Below, in pieces: positions 23,546-36,400 of a DNA stretch of 64,000 nt (position 1 is the stretch's first letter; each line of letters begins with the position of its first letter). The DNA comes from Paraspadella gotoi (lineage: Eukaryota > Animalia > Chaetognatha). The stretch is taken from the NCBI GenBank assembly GCA_051294375.1, contig CM119263.1:21264268-21328267 (forward strand). Reading direction: 5' to 3'. The position numbers were made by a program, and so were the translations under genes. The notes below the pieces were generated by a model. That model ran no database searches. It saw only the letters and a list, made by a program, of their open reading frames with translations, and was not told the origin of the DNA.

Positions 23546-24281
23546 GAAAAAAACAAGTTTGAGCAAACAATGTTGGATCTGCACACGATCATTATCGGTA
23601 ATTAATTCAAGTTAATTATTTAATGAATTATTTAGGCAATTTATTAATTAATTTGATCCGAAATATTTGTTTTGATTGATTGAGTGTTTAATTAATTATT
23701 GATTAATTAATTGATTATTTATTTGATTAATTAATACATCTTGCATTTACATTTAATATATAAAGAAAAAGAAGCATAATCATTAGTGAAACAGGTTTTT
23801 GTTTTTTTCCATTTAAACTCATTTCCACTCAAACGAAACCATCAAAACTTGATTTCCAGCTTAATCATACACTTTCTCTACGCACATAAAAAATTTCAGG
23901 TCAATCGCCCATCCACTCATGAGTAATTGTGGTGTTTAAATAGTGAAATATATATATTTTGTTTCTATTTAAACTTGTTTCCACTCGGACGATTCCCCGA
24001 AACTTCAATATCCAGCTCAATAACACACTTCCCTACCCACACACTAAATTTAATTTCCATCCATCCATTCACGAGTAATTGGTGTTTTTTGCTAAGGTGG
24101 GACGGACGGACAGACGGACAGACAGACAGACGGATGGAGAACATTTTTTTGGCATGATTTATCATAATTCGATGTTCTGACATGATATTAGTGAATGCCC
24201 GACAAGATTAAGGGGGCGGACCGACGAACCGACAAAGTGAATTATAAAGTCTGGTTCTGCTGATAAGCGGATCCGACTAAA
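23546..24281 (+). mobile_element. Helentron-associated (HINE/DINE-1-like) non-autonomous repeat; an upstream tandem copy at ~21557-23395 is interrupted by nested insertions
   Basis: Starts AAAAACAAGTTTGAGC, contains a (GACR)n tract at 24100-24135, and ends in the stem-loop GTCTGGTTCTGCT-gata-AGCGGATCCGAC plus TAAAA. Confidence 0.5.
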
Positions 24282-24602
24282 ACAGATCGGAAAATGATAA
24301 GGAACATTGACATTTTTTTTTCCTTGGTAAGCGGTTTGGCTTAGTTCCGCGAGAGTAAGTCACGAGAAAATAGGGAAGGAAGGAAACGGAAGGTCGGAAG
24401 GACGAAGGCGGAATTCACGTGAATCGAAATCGACGATGAGACATGGGGGGATACGGAGAATAAGAAAATAAAAGAGAGCGCCGAAATTCTCTCGCGCTTT
24501 TTGAAACTTGCGCCGCGAAACTCGGCGTCGTCGAAATGAGCGCCGAATTTTTCCCGCGATGAAAGTTCTTCGAGTATTAAATCTTCACTGAAATCTTCTT
24601 TG

Positions 24603-27600
24603 TCACAATCGCTTGCGGGGCTCGAGTTTGTGAGACCTACGATCTAGAACTTTCTGGTTGTCGATCACGGGCAAAGATCTGGGAACGGTGAGTTTAGTGA
24701 ATTAGTGAAGTAGTGAATTAGTTGAGCTCGGTGATCAGAAGTTCATTCACCTGATGAACCCGTGAATGGCGCAGCTGTTTTTGATGTTGGGCGGAGCCGA
24801 AGTTTCGAAGAGTCGAGACCGGTAGTAGTTTACGTTGTGAAGACTCTGTCGACCAGATAAAAAATCAACATACATCAATCAGTAAGAATAAAATTAATGG
24901 ATGTTTAAGCAAATTATTAACTTTTTAAATTGTTTAAACACCTGAGATAAAAGATGCATTTTTTCGAAGTTGACGAGGCCGTTTTCGACGAAGGTGTCGT
25001 TGCCTTCATGAGTGAACGTCATGTCTGAACAAAAGAACAAATTTTGCCGAATATCTCTCGCGATGTTGGAAAATGTATTTTTTTTCCATTAATTTATATG
25101 AGGATGAAAATTTAAAATTGTGATATTTGGCGATTTCTAGAACAATCGCTATTTAACCTTTGAGAATAAGGGCGAGAAAAGGAACGATGGGCGGTTCCAT
25201 TTGCGAGACGAGAACCCTATAGGCGCGATGGTTCCGAGATGGGTCCATTACGTTCTCAAGCTCCGAGTACATCTTCTTGTACTTGGAAGGTAAGCGCTAA
25301 AACGAAAAAAGAAGATGATTAATGTAATTAATACTGAGTAGTAATGATGTACTTTTTACTTAAAGCTTTTTTATTTTTATTTTTATTTATTTTTATTTAG
25401 AGCTTCTATTACGTACCTCCCACGTGTGCGACAACCTGCAGACGGCGATGTTGTTCAATCCCATCATGATGGCAAAAAAGGCGCTAAGGTTTTGGTAGTC
25501 TCGGCAACTTCAAAAAAAAAGAATGAAATTGAATGTTTAAAGTTTAAATTTATTGATAAACAAACATTTTTAAAGAATTATATGCTGCAATATAAAAATA
25601 AGATTAACGCTTCATCACTTTAAACTGATTCACGAACAAAATTTATGAAATTTAAAATATTACACAAGAAAATAAGAAAATTATTTTAAAGTAAAGTTTT
25701 ATACTTGAAACTTACTAAGCGGCTAATTTGATAAACTTCTTCAGAAGCTGAGTTCGTTTGTTGAGGCTCGAAGTGAGAAGAATCTCCGTCGCGATCCAGA
25801 ACTGAAGTTTGTTGTGATGACGAATGAAGATTTCTAAGTTCGAGGTGATCTGGTGTACAAATCAATTTTATTTATTAAATAATCATTAACAGGAACTAAA
25901 CATTTTATCACGGACGATGAGATTTCAGAAAGTGAATTGGGAAGCTCTGATAAAATTTAATGACCTGTTTGAACAAATGCCTTCCGAAAATGTGATAAAT
26001 AAGCTCGTGGACGTGAATTGTGCTGAAGAGCTCCCAATCGTACAGCATCAAGTGAAAAGCGATGTCCTGTCATCGATTTTTTTCATGAAATTTTTCCTTC
26101 ATTTTTTTAAAACCCTATTTTATTATTTTTCTTTACTTTGGAGGAAAAAGATTCCAGGGTCTTCAGCGAAGAAGATGTCGGTCCCTCTTGGATCGTCTCT
26201 GGTGTAAGGGAATCCAAATGTTCTCTCGGACCAACGAACAGCTGAACAAACGAAGAGAACATTTTAAAAACAAGAAACGAGATGGAATTTCTAAATCACC
26301 TGTCCGTTGCAACTCAGCGAGGTCATAATGCCCACATCGTCGTCTCTGAAGGGACATCGTTCTCCCGTCGATTTCACCTAAGATCGAAAAAAAATAACAT
26401 TGCTATGTTCAATTGTTTTTAATGACAAGGAAGAAAACCAGGATTGCCTTTGGCGTTATGTATGTGAGAATAAGTAATATATGCAAGATTATCAAAGTTG
26501 TGTATGTCCCAGGCGAATTAACTGGGAGCCACTCTCCATAATGGTCCTTGGCTAGCATAGTACAACGACAACAATCCCGAACCTCCACCAACTCCGCTGC
26601 TTCGTTGATGCCGACTTTTTCCGCCGCCAACTGACGGATTTTCTCGGTTGAGGCGTCGATGGTCGTCTTTACTGTGCAATAAGTGTGGTCGGCACAGTAC
26701 ACCCTTGTGATGACTTGATGAGTTAAGTGTAGGGAGGAGAGAGAATATAAATAAATATTAAATATAGAATAAAGCTTCATGCGATAACAATAGTGATTTA
26801 TCATAGATTTTAACGTAAAGACATCAAAAGTAAATAATATTTTTATCTCATTATGTATGTTTCTTTCTATCACTTGGCAACCGAGAACCACGACTCACTT
26901 TCATCCTTAGCGTGAACCGGCCTCGCCGTATTCGCCGCCGCCAAAAACTGTTTGTTGAGATCGTTGTTGTACTCGTTCGTTTCGCTCGTCGAGATGTTCC
27001 CAACCACCTGACGGTCAAAAGAACAAATACCTCAATCGCGAGTAAAACACATCCTCAATAAGTGAAATTAAATTAAATTTTAAATTAATTATAAATGAAA
27101 AATCATTAAAACTTTATTAATATTATTTAGAAACGAAGTACCATGATGGAAAAAAAATTGTCGCGGTTCGGAAAAGTTGGTTAATTTTATTGTCAAATAT
27201 ATTTTTATTCTTTGGCAAAAGATTGATCCCATATAAAGTAAACCAGGCTTTAATTGTTGCTACATATTGTGATAATGCATTGTTTTTCACTTCACCAAAA
27301 ATCTTTGATTTTTTTTTTTATTTGTTTGATACTTGGTTCTGATAATACATCCAGAGGTAACTAAAAATAATAACTTTGTTCACAAAAAGGTTACCCGGAA
27401 CCTTATAATATTTATTTATACTTCACAATATAAAAAAATATTGTGGAGCATCTACAGCATCAATGTATTTTTAATACCACTCTAATAATTCATCCCTAAA
27501 TTTATCTTAACTGAGATGATGCAATAACCATTTGACATGAAACTGAGAAAAGGCAGGGATTTTTAAAAAGTTATATAAAAAAGAACCAAAAATTATTAGT

Positions 27601-30600
27601 GTATTAGTAAAAAAAAAAAGTATAAAAATAAAAAAGATAAAAAAGAACAAATATTTTTTTAAACAACTAATTTTTTTTGGCATAGAACTATTTTTTTTGT
27701 TGTACATAAATGAGACACAGCTCATATGAATCACTAGAGGCTATAGTTACCCAATATTTAAATTTTATTTTTTGATTCTTATATTAAAAGGCCCAAAAAT
27801 AAGTGGAAAGTAACCGCGACAATTTTTTTTCCATCATGGTAGTAACTCTTTAAGGGTTAAAAAATTTATTATTTATTATTTATTATGCTTATAGGCGCAG
27901 TGAACATATTGCAATGCCCGAGTACATGTCTACGCGTCTCTAACTAGAATCGTAACCAGAAAACAGATATCATTGCATCTTCTGACCTGACTGGCCAATC
28001 CTCGTACACCGAGGATTTTTTGCGACGGAACCTTGGCGAAACTCGGCGCTCCGAGACGACACTCTCCCCCGTCTTTGTATCTGAAGAAATTAGTAATAAG
28101 CATTAGATAAATAAATAAATAAATAATAATAGGATTTGTTTCATTTTTCCGTTTTTTTTTCTTTATAAAATCACACGTGCTTTTTCCCGCGCAACGACTT
28201 ACCTTTCGGGTTTGAGGTGAGTTTGTACTCGTTTCCTTCTTTGATGATTTGCTTGAGGTTTTCGTAATCGTCTCTCCAGTCCAATCATCAGTTCGTCGTC
28301 GTCGGATTGATTCTAAAATGATAACAACAACAATGCTGACTCAGCCTACGTTCGGCGTTTGCTTATTTATTTTTTTATGCAATTGAGACGAAGTTATTTT
28401 GCCCCTGACTTTAAAGCTTCCATCCCTCTAACAGGATAAGCTTTCAATGAAGACTCACACACAGTCTAGGTTAAAAACTCCAGAATGATTTGCTTTTCTA
28501 TCAATGAAAAATTTCTCTTTTACTTTTACTTTTCTTTCTTATAATTCTATTTTAGTGGCGTCAAATCTTATTTACCTTAATCCAAAATCTTGAAGGAACG
28601 GCATGAGTTTGGAATGTCATAGAAAGTTGATGTGCCTCCAGAAAGCCGGAAGAGAGAGAAAGGAAAGTCGCAGTACAAACTTTGATAATTTTTTTTATTC
28701 CTACTCAAGATCCTTACCCACAACGTCGCGCCATTCCCTGATGAAGCAGATGACGCGTTGTCGGTTGCTAAGCAACAGATCCATCGACGCCATTTTGTCA
28801 GAGTCTTTGGAATCTCGTATCGTAGAGGCGCGTCGCGTTAATCCTGGAAGTTTAGTTAAGATTATTAACAGAATGACTCAAATCCATCTATAATTCATCT
28901 GTATAACTAACCTTTGGCGACAGCAGCGACGGTAGCAGCGGCGGCCGCCGTAGCTGTGTTTGGAGAACAAGCACCTGCAAAAAAGTGTAGTTTTAAAAAT
29001 TAACTACAGTGAATAATATTATATTAGAGCAAAAGGAAAATATTAAAAACCATCCAGCTATAATGCTATCATCGCAGGAGTATCAAGCCAGGAAAATCAA
29101 ATCGGATCGGAGGCTTGGGCGATTTCCGCAGGAAATGGAATCGCCGAATCCTGATCGGTCAAGACGGAAACGGAATCGACCAATCAGCTTCCAGAATAAT
29201 TTGATCTGTCAAACTTACCCATACCACCGATCCTCTTCTCTCGTTATAAATAAACCGAGTTTATCTTAGTTTCAGTAGCATTGAACAAGACTCCTGCGTG
29301 TGTCTCACCGACATCATTATCCAAAGATTAAAATAGAATAAAATAATCAAGTTTAAAGATTTGTTACCAGGAAACGGCAACGACGAAGCAGGTAGGAATT
29401 CCGGAAGGAGATCGTTTTTTCTAGCCATGTAGTAATTACGAAGAAAAGACGTCATTTGATCGGAAGTCATGAACACACTGTGCGTCATGATGAACTCTTC
29501 CACGAAAGCGTCTGTGGAGGAAATCGTATTAAAGACATGTTAAATATAATACATGTTCAGGTACATTCGTTCAAATTAACGATAACTTTGTTTAAAGAGA
29601 AGAATGAGAACTGCATTTTTCTCTTTCTTTCTCTTTCTATTTTATTATTAAAAACAGGTTCCAAATGGCGTCAAAATTAAACAAAAAAATATCCAATTTT
29701 GACTAAGCTTACTTTTTACTGAAATTATAAAAGTACTACTGAAATTTTTTTTAAAAGTGGGTTTTTAATCCATTCATTCTCCAAAAACTTCTTGCACTGA
29801 TGGAGAAAACAATCACCCATCAACAATCACCCTCTAACAGCACTACTCTTTTGTTCGTTTGTTTGCTATTTTGTTAATTTAATCGTCATCAACTCACCCG
29901 ATCTGTCGACCATGCAGACTCCGTTGGGCATAACCACCAAACGTGTCTCCAAGAGATGCTCCAACATCTTCTCGGGGGTCCCCGCCACAACCGAATACTT
30001 GTAATGCCCGCCGCTCTTGGAGAGGGCGTTGGCGGCGCCGGCGGCCAGACTGGAGGCGCCGGTGACGCCAAGAGTGTTGGAGGGCGAGACGCCAGCGGCG
30101 CCGGACGAGGTGGTCGACGGCGGCGCCAAGTTGGTCGCGGACTTTGTGTCGGAAGATTTGCGTGAGGCCGCGGGAGAGGGGGTGCCGAAGCTAAGATAGA
30201 ATAATGAGGATGGGGAGAGGAAATGATAATTTTAATCTTGATGTCAGTTTAAATGTCAGACTAATTGTCAGTCGCTCAACTGCCCTACACCAACCGCCTT
30301 CTCACCGCGATGCGGTCGGCGACGCCTCGGCCGGGATCTTCTCCAGCAACAGCACGTCCACGTCGTGTTCCTTGAGTCTGACGGTGTTGGCTTCGACGTC
30401 TCGTAAAATGCGGTTGAAGTCCTCTTTGTCGACGCGGAGAAAGTGGCAATTGTCCTCCTGAAGGTAATTAATGAATTATTCATATATGTCATCTGTGAAA
30501 GAGCTTCTCCTTCCTCCCCCCACTCTCTCTCTCCTTCCTCCCCCCACTCTCTCTCTCCTTCATCCTCCCACTCTCTCTCCCTCGACTCCCAGCACCAGAG

Positions 30601-32554
30601 GTGAATAGATCGGATTAGACAGATTAGAAAATCCTTATCGATAAAAATCCTTACCCTGAGGACGATGGTGGCAGCTCGTGGCGCTTCGTTGACCAAAGCC
30701 AATTTGCCAAAGTCGTCTCCTTCTTCCAGAGTGCAGANNNNNNNNNNNNNNNNNNNNNNNNNCGACACCTGAACAATCAATAGACGATAGTGCGATTCAA
30801 AAATTTATTAATCACTCAATCAACACATCAGTCGATGCATCAATCAATAAATGGCTCAATCAGTCAAAGGATAATCAGTCAATCAATCAATCTAATCAAT
30901 TAGACGAAGCTGCGTCAATCAATCAATCATAAACAAAAAAAACGATCATGCAATTCAATAAAGGTTTACGTTAAAAAAGTTCATCAATAAATAAATCGAT
31001 ATAAATCAATCATGAAATTATAAAAATCAATAATAATCCATTAACCTTAAACCGTTAAAACTAAACCGATTCTTCACCTTGTTCATGAATAACTACATTG
31101 ACGGACCCGGACAGGATGATGTACCAACTGGATGCCTTTGTGACCCTGACTGAAGAGCACCGTCCCGTTTTTGGGTCCGCGATTCGAAGACGAAGACCGA
31201 GGCGAGTTCTCGCTTCACCAGTCGTGGAGAGATGCGACAGAGCCTTTATATGCAGCAGCTCTTGTAGATGATATCAATCTAGAGGAAGAAGAACTTCTAT
31301 TTACCATACGTTATCAGTGCATGAATGCGAAATGCGTTGTCAATACCTTTTATCATTATTAAATCAGGTCTAGTTTTTAACGACGATAAACTTTTTCTCA
31401 TTAAAATAAACTTCTCTAAAAATAAGGCAGCGCGTCAACTGGAGTTAGCTAATCAGACGGCACATCCTTAATTAAGTAAAATCCTCCTTACGTCTTCCGA
31501 CGTCCGCTGGCTCGGCACTTTCCGCAGCGCCCGACGCAGCAGAGCGTCGGGATCCCGCCAGCTTGAGCGTCTTGATCGCTTCTTTGGCTCTCGACTCCAG
31601 GGCTTCCGACGAGACTCTGGCGATCGAGAGTGGAGGAGAAAGGTGAGTTCAAGGCCGAAAACGTCGGGTTTGATTAATGTAATACTATCGAGTTATTATT
31701 TAATCAATTCGTTTGAATAAACTTTTTGATTAATTATTTAATCAATTATTTATTATTTTTAATTATAATTATTTAATTATTAATCAATTCGTTTGAATAA
31801 CCTTTTTGATTTCTTCGCAACTTTTCAGAGTCGATTGGTGAATTGGAAGAAGACGAACTTGTCGGCAAAAGGGTAGTCTCGGCTCACTGTAGGATAAGAC
31901 ACGACTTGGTGGCTCAAATAAATCATCCATCTCCTGATTGATTTTTTATCAGCAGCGGACAGTGGACACTGAACAGTGAACACCCTCACGTGACTGATGC
32001 ACGCCGTGCTCCATGAGCGCTTGCCACATCCCACCACTTGGCGTCTCATGTCTTTGTCACCGGTGTTCGCCGTCCCTTCTTCACCGCCAGCAGCCAGTCC
32101 ACCATCTCCGTGCCGACGAGGTTCTTTGACACACCAGAAATATCAATGAGAAGGAAGAACAACAAAAAAGAGAGCTATGAAGAGACAGTAATTATTGTTA
32201 TGTGTTAGTGACAGAACCGTTCAATATAAGCAGTCCGCGAGCTTCGGATCAGGCTGTAACACCGTGTTACAGGCGGGTTAAGCACCCATCCCTCTTAACT
32301 GCTAGGCGACCACCGGCTAGAACCCGGACCTTTGGGTTGGGAGGCGAATGACTTGCCTCCGGCACCAATGGCCGCTGATGAACGGTGGTGGATTTTATTC
32401 CATAGCTTCAACAGCGCCAACATCGCCACATCTGTCCACCCTGCGAAACTCTGCTTGGATCGTATACCTGGAGTCGTGCCAGCAAATGCGCCGATTTCGT
32501 CCATGAGCAGCATCTTGAGGATGCAGCCGGCTGCAGCATCTTCTCCGAAGGAAC
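24603..32554 (-). CDS. RAPGEF4: Epac2/RAPGEF4-like Rap GEF, main copy (DEP, CNBD-B, REM, RA, CDC25 domains); some indel errors and one N gap
   Basis: Exons read 5'->3': ~32554-32441 ([10 protein letters not shown]), ~32135-31990 ([27 protein letters not shown]), ~31890-31820, ~31640-31490, ~31280-31078, ~30770-30656 ([22 protein letters not shown]), ~30457-30289 ([31 protein letters not shown]), ~30190-29899 ([14 protein letters not shown]), ~29512-29367 (REM), 26713-26583 ([10 protein letters not shown]), 26377-26300, 26241-26137, 26066-25965, 25849-25716, 25507-25417, 25296-25158 ([11 protein letters not shown]), 25024-24942 ([14 protein letters not shown]), 24845-24751, 24678-24603 ([21 protein letters not shown]). 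Further small exons lie at 26.9-29.0 kb. Confidence 0.95.
27141..27839. mobile_element. TA-flanked MITE (Tc1/mariner-type), TIR CCATGATGGAAAAAAAATTGTCGCGGTT
   Basis: ~28-bp TIRs with TA on both sides and no ORF. Copies occur in the duplicated blocks, with an internal fragment at ~21700-21833 and 22573-22655. Confidence 0.8.
30738..30762. other. 25-N assembly gap (also 39998-40022 and 52057-52081)
   Basis: All three N runs are exactly 25 nt. Confidence 0.99.
32178..32378 (-). mobile_element. tRNA-derived SINE in the Epac DEP-domain intron (repeated in the duplicated blocks)
   Basis: Same family as 19935-20133; B-box-like CGGGTTCTAGCC. Confidence 0.6.
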
Positions 32555-32762
32555 CTGCAAGGGATCGTCGAGGAAGAAGCGGCGGTAAGTCAGGTGAAAG
32601 AACGATTCGTCGTCACTCGTGTCGTCGTCGTCGCGGCGTGATTAGTTTGGGCGACGAACGACGAGGAATGTTGTTGACTCATGGGCGAAGATTTTCCCGA
32701 ATCAATCAATCCATCAAATTCGATCGTAAACATTTAAATGGATCGAAAATGAGGATATGTGT

Positions 32763-32794
<32 letters not shown>

Positions 32795-32811
32795 ATGAGA
32801 GAGAGGAGAGA

Positions 32812-32863
<52 letters not shown>

Positions 32864-33463
32864 CTTTTTCAAACCCGTCGACTAATTCGCTCTCGGAGAA
32901 TTTATTCACAATTATTCGAAAAAAGTTAACGTATTTTTTTTAAAAATGAGATTAAAAGATAAATCCCCAGGTTATTTAAGCCACGCCGTAATTTATATCG
33001 TTTTAAATTCGCAAAATTTTTAATCATAATTATTTAATCAATTCGTTTGAATAACCTTTTTTGATTTCTTCGAACTTTTCAGAGTCGATGGTGAATTGGA
33101 AGAAGACGAACTTGTCGGCAAAAGGGTAGTCTCGGCTCACTGTAGGATAAGACACGACTTGGTGGCTCAAATAAATCATCCATCTCCTGATTGATTTTTT
33201 ATCAGCAGACTGGACACTGAACAGTGAACACCCTCACCGTGACTGATGACGCCGTGCTCCATGAGCGCTTGCCACATCCCCACCACTTGGCGTCTCATGT
33301 CTTTGTCACCGGTGTTCGCCGTCCCTTCCTTCACCGCCAGCAGCCAGTCCACCATCTCGGTGCCGACGAGGTTCTTTGACGCAGCAGAAATATCAATGAG
33401 AAGGAAGAACAACAAAAAACGAGAGCTATGAAGAGACAGTAATTATTGTTATGTAGAGGAGAT

Positions 33464-36400
33464 GAAAGATTTCTAAGTTCGAGGTGATCTGGTGTACAAA
33501 TCAATTTTATTATTAAATAATCATTAACAGGAACTAAACATTTTATCACGGACGATGAGATTTCAGAAAGTGAATTGGGAAGCTCTGATAAAATTTAATG
33601 ACCTGTTTGAACAAATGCCTTCCGAAATGTGATAAATAAGCTCGTGGACGTGAATTGTGCTGAAGAGCTCCCAATCGTACAGCATCAAGTGAAAAGCGAT
33701 GTCCTGTCATCGATTTTTTTCATGAAATTTTTTCCTTCATTTTTTTAAAACCCTATTTTATTATTTTTCTTTACTTTGGAGGAAAAAGATTCCAGGGTCT
33801 TCAGCGAAGAAGATGTCGGTCCTCTTGGATCGTCTCTGGTGTAAGGGAATCCAAATGTTCTCTCGGACCAACGAACAGCTGAAAAAACGAAGAGAAACAT
33901 TTTAAAAAACAAGAAACGAGATGGAATTTCTAAATCACCTGTCCGTTGCAACTCAGCGAGGTCATAATGCCCACATCGTCGTCTCTGAAGGGACATCGTT
34001 CTCCCGTCGATTTCACCTAAGATCGAAAAAAAATAACATTGCTAGTGTTCAATTGTTTTTAATGACAAGGGAGAAAACCAGGATTGCCTTGGCGTTATGT
34101 ATGTGAGAATAAGTAATATATGCAAGATTATCAAGTTGTGTATGTCCCAGGCGAATTAACGGGAGCCACTCTCCATAATGGTCCTTGGCTAGCATAGTGA
34201 AAATGTATTATGTTGCTGAACTAGACAACAAATCCCGAACCTCCACCAACTCCGCTGCTTCGTTGATGCCGACTTTTTCCGCCGCCAACTGACGGATTTT
34301 CTTGAGGCGTCGATGGTCGTCTTTACTGGTGGATCGGCACAGTACACCCTGTGATGACTTGATGAGTTAAGTGTAGGGAGGAGAGAGAATATAAATAAAT
34401 ATTAAATATAGAATAAAGCTTCATGCGATAACAATAGTGATTTATCATAGATTTTAACGTAAAGACATCAAAGTAAATAATATTTTTATCTAATTATTCT
34501 CATATATGTATATTTTCTTCCTATCACTTGGCAACCGAGAACCACACGACTCACTTTCATCTTAGCGTGAACCGGCCTCGCCGTATTCGCCGCCGCCAAA
34601 AACTGTTTGTTGAGATCGTTGTTGTACTCGTTGTTTCGCTCGTCGAGATGTTCCCAACCACCTGACGGTCAAAAGAACAAATACCTCAATCCGAGTAAAA
34701 CACACTCCTCATTAAGTGAAATTAAATTAAATTTAAATTAATTATAAATGAAAAATCATTAAAACTTTATTAATATTATTTAGAAACGAAGTACCATGAT
34801 GAAAAAAAATTTGCCGCGTTCGGAAAAGTTGGTTAATTTTATGTCAAATATATTTTAATTCTTTGGAAAAGATTGATCCCATATAAAGTGAACCATAGTT
34901 GTTGCTCATATTGTGATAATGCATTGTCTTCACTTCACAAAATCTTTGATTTTTTATTTTTTTACTTGTTTGATACTTGGTTCTGATAATACATCCAGAG
35001 GTAACTAAAAATAATAACTTTGTTCACAAAAAGGTTACCCGGAACCTTATAATATTTTTTAATACTTCACAATAAAAAAAATATGTGTGAGATCTACAGC
35101 ATCAATGTTTTTAAATACCACTTAATTATTCATCACCTAAATTTATCTTAATGAGATGATGCATAACCATTTGACATGAAACTGAGAAAAGGCAGGGAAT
35201 TTTTAAAAGTTATAATAAAAGAACCAAAAATTAGTTAGTGTATTAGAAAAAAAAAGTATAAAAATAAAAAAGATAAAAAAGAACAAATATTTTTTTAAAC
35301 ACTAATTTTTTTGGCATAGAACTTTTTTTTTTGTACATAAATGAGACACAGCTCATATGAATCACTAGAGGCTATAGTTACCCTATTTTTATTTTTGAGT
35401 TCTATTAAGGCCAAAAAATAATGATAACCGCGACAATTTTTTTTCCATCATGGTAGTAACTCTTATAAGGGTTAAAATTTATTATTTTATTATATGCTTA
35501 TAGGCGGAGTGAACATATTGCATGCCGAGTACATGTCTACGCGTCTCTAACTAGAATCGTAACAGAGAAAAGATATCATTGCATCTTCTGACCTGATGGC
35601 CAATCCTCGTACACCGAGGATTTTCTGCGACGGAACCTTGGCGAAACTCGGCGCTCCGAGACGACACTCCTCCCCGTCTTTGTATCTGAAGAATTAGTAT
35701 TAATTAGATAATAAATAAATAAATAAATAAATAAATAATAGGATTTGTTTCATTTTTCCGTTTTTTTTTTTTTTATAAATCACACCATGACTGTCTCCGC
35801 TTCATACGTCGTTACCGCGAACGACTTACCTTCGGGTTTAAGGTGAGTTTGTATCGTATTCCTTCTTTGATGATTTGCTTGAGGTTTTCGTAATCTCTTC
35901 CAGTCCAATCATCAGTTCGTGTCGTCGGATTGATTCTAAAATGATAACAACAACAATGCTGACTCAGCCACGTTGGCGTTTGCTTATTTATTTTTATGAA
36001 TTGAGAAGACAAGTTATTTTGCCCTGACTTTAAACAGACTAAAGTGGTTAGCCCATCCCTCTAACAGGATAAGCTTTAATGAAGACTCACACACAGTCTA
36101 GGTTAAAAACTCCCAGAATGATTTGCTTTCTATCAATGAAAATTTCTTTTTTACTTTTACTTTTCTTTCTTATATTCTATTTTAGTGGCGTCAATCTTTA
36201 TTTACCTTATCCAAATCTTGAAGGAACGGCATGATGTTTGGAATGTCATAGAAAGTTTGATGTGCCTCCAGAAAGCCGGAAGAGACGAAAAGGAAAGTCG
36301 CAGTACAAACTTTGATAATTTTTTTTATTCCTACTCAAGATCCTTACCAACAACGTCGCGCCATTCCTGATGAAGCAGATGACGCGTTGTCGGTTGCTAA

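Noticed and set aside
32332-32943. 203-aa plus-strand ORF
   Set aside because: Antisense to an Epac exon plus SINE and (GA)n sequence, and not kept open in the duplicate copies.
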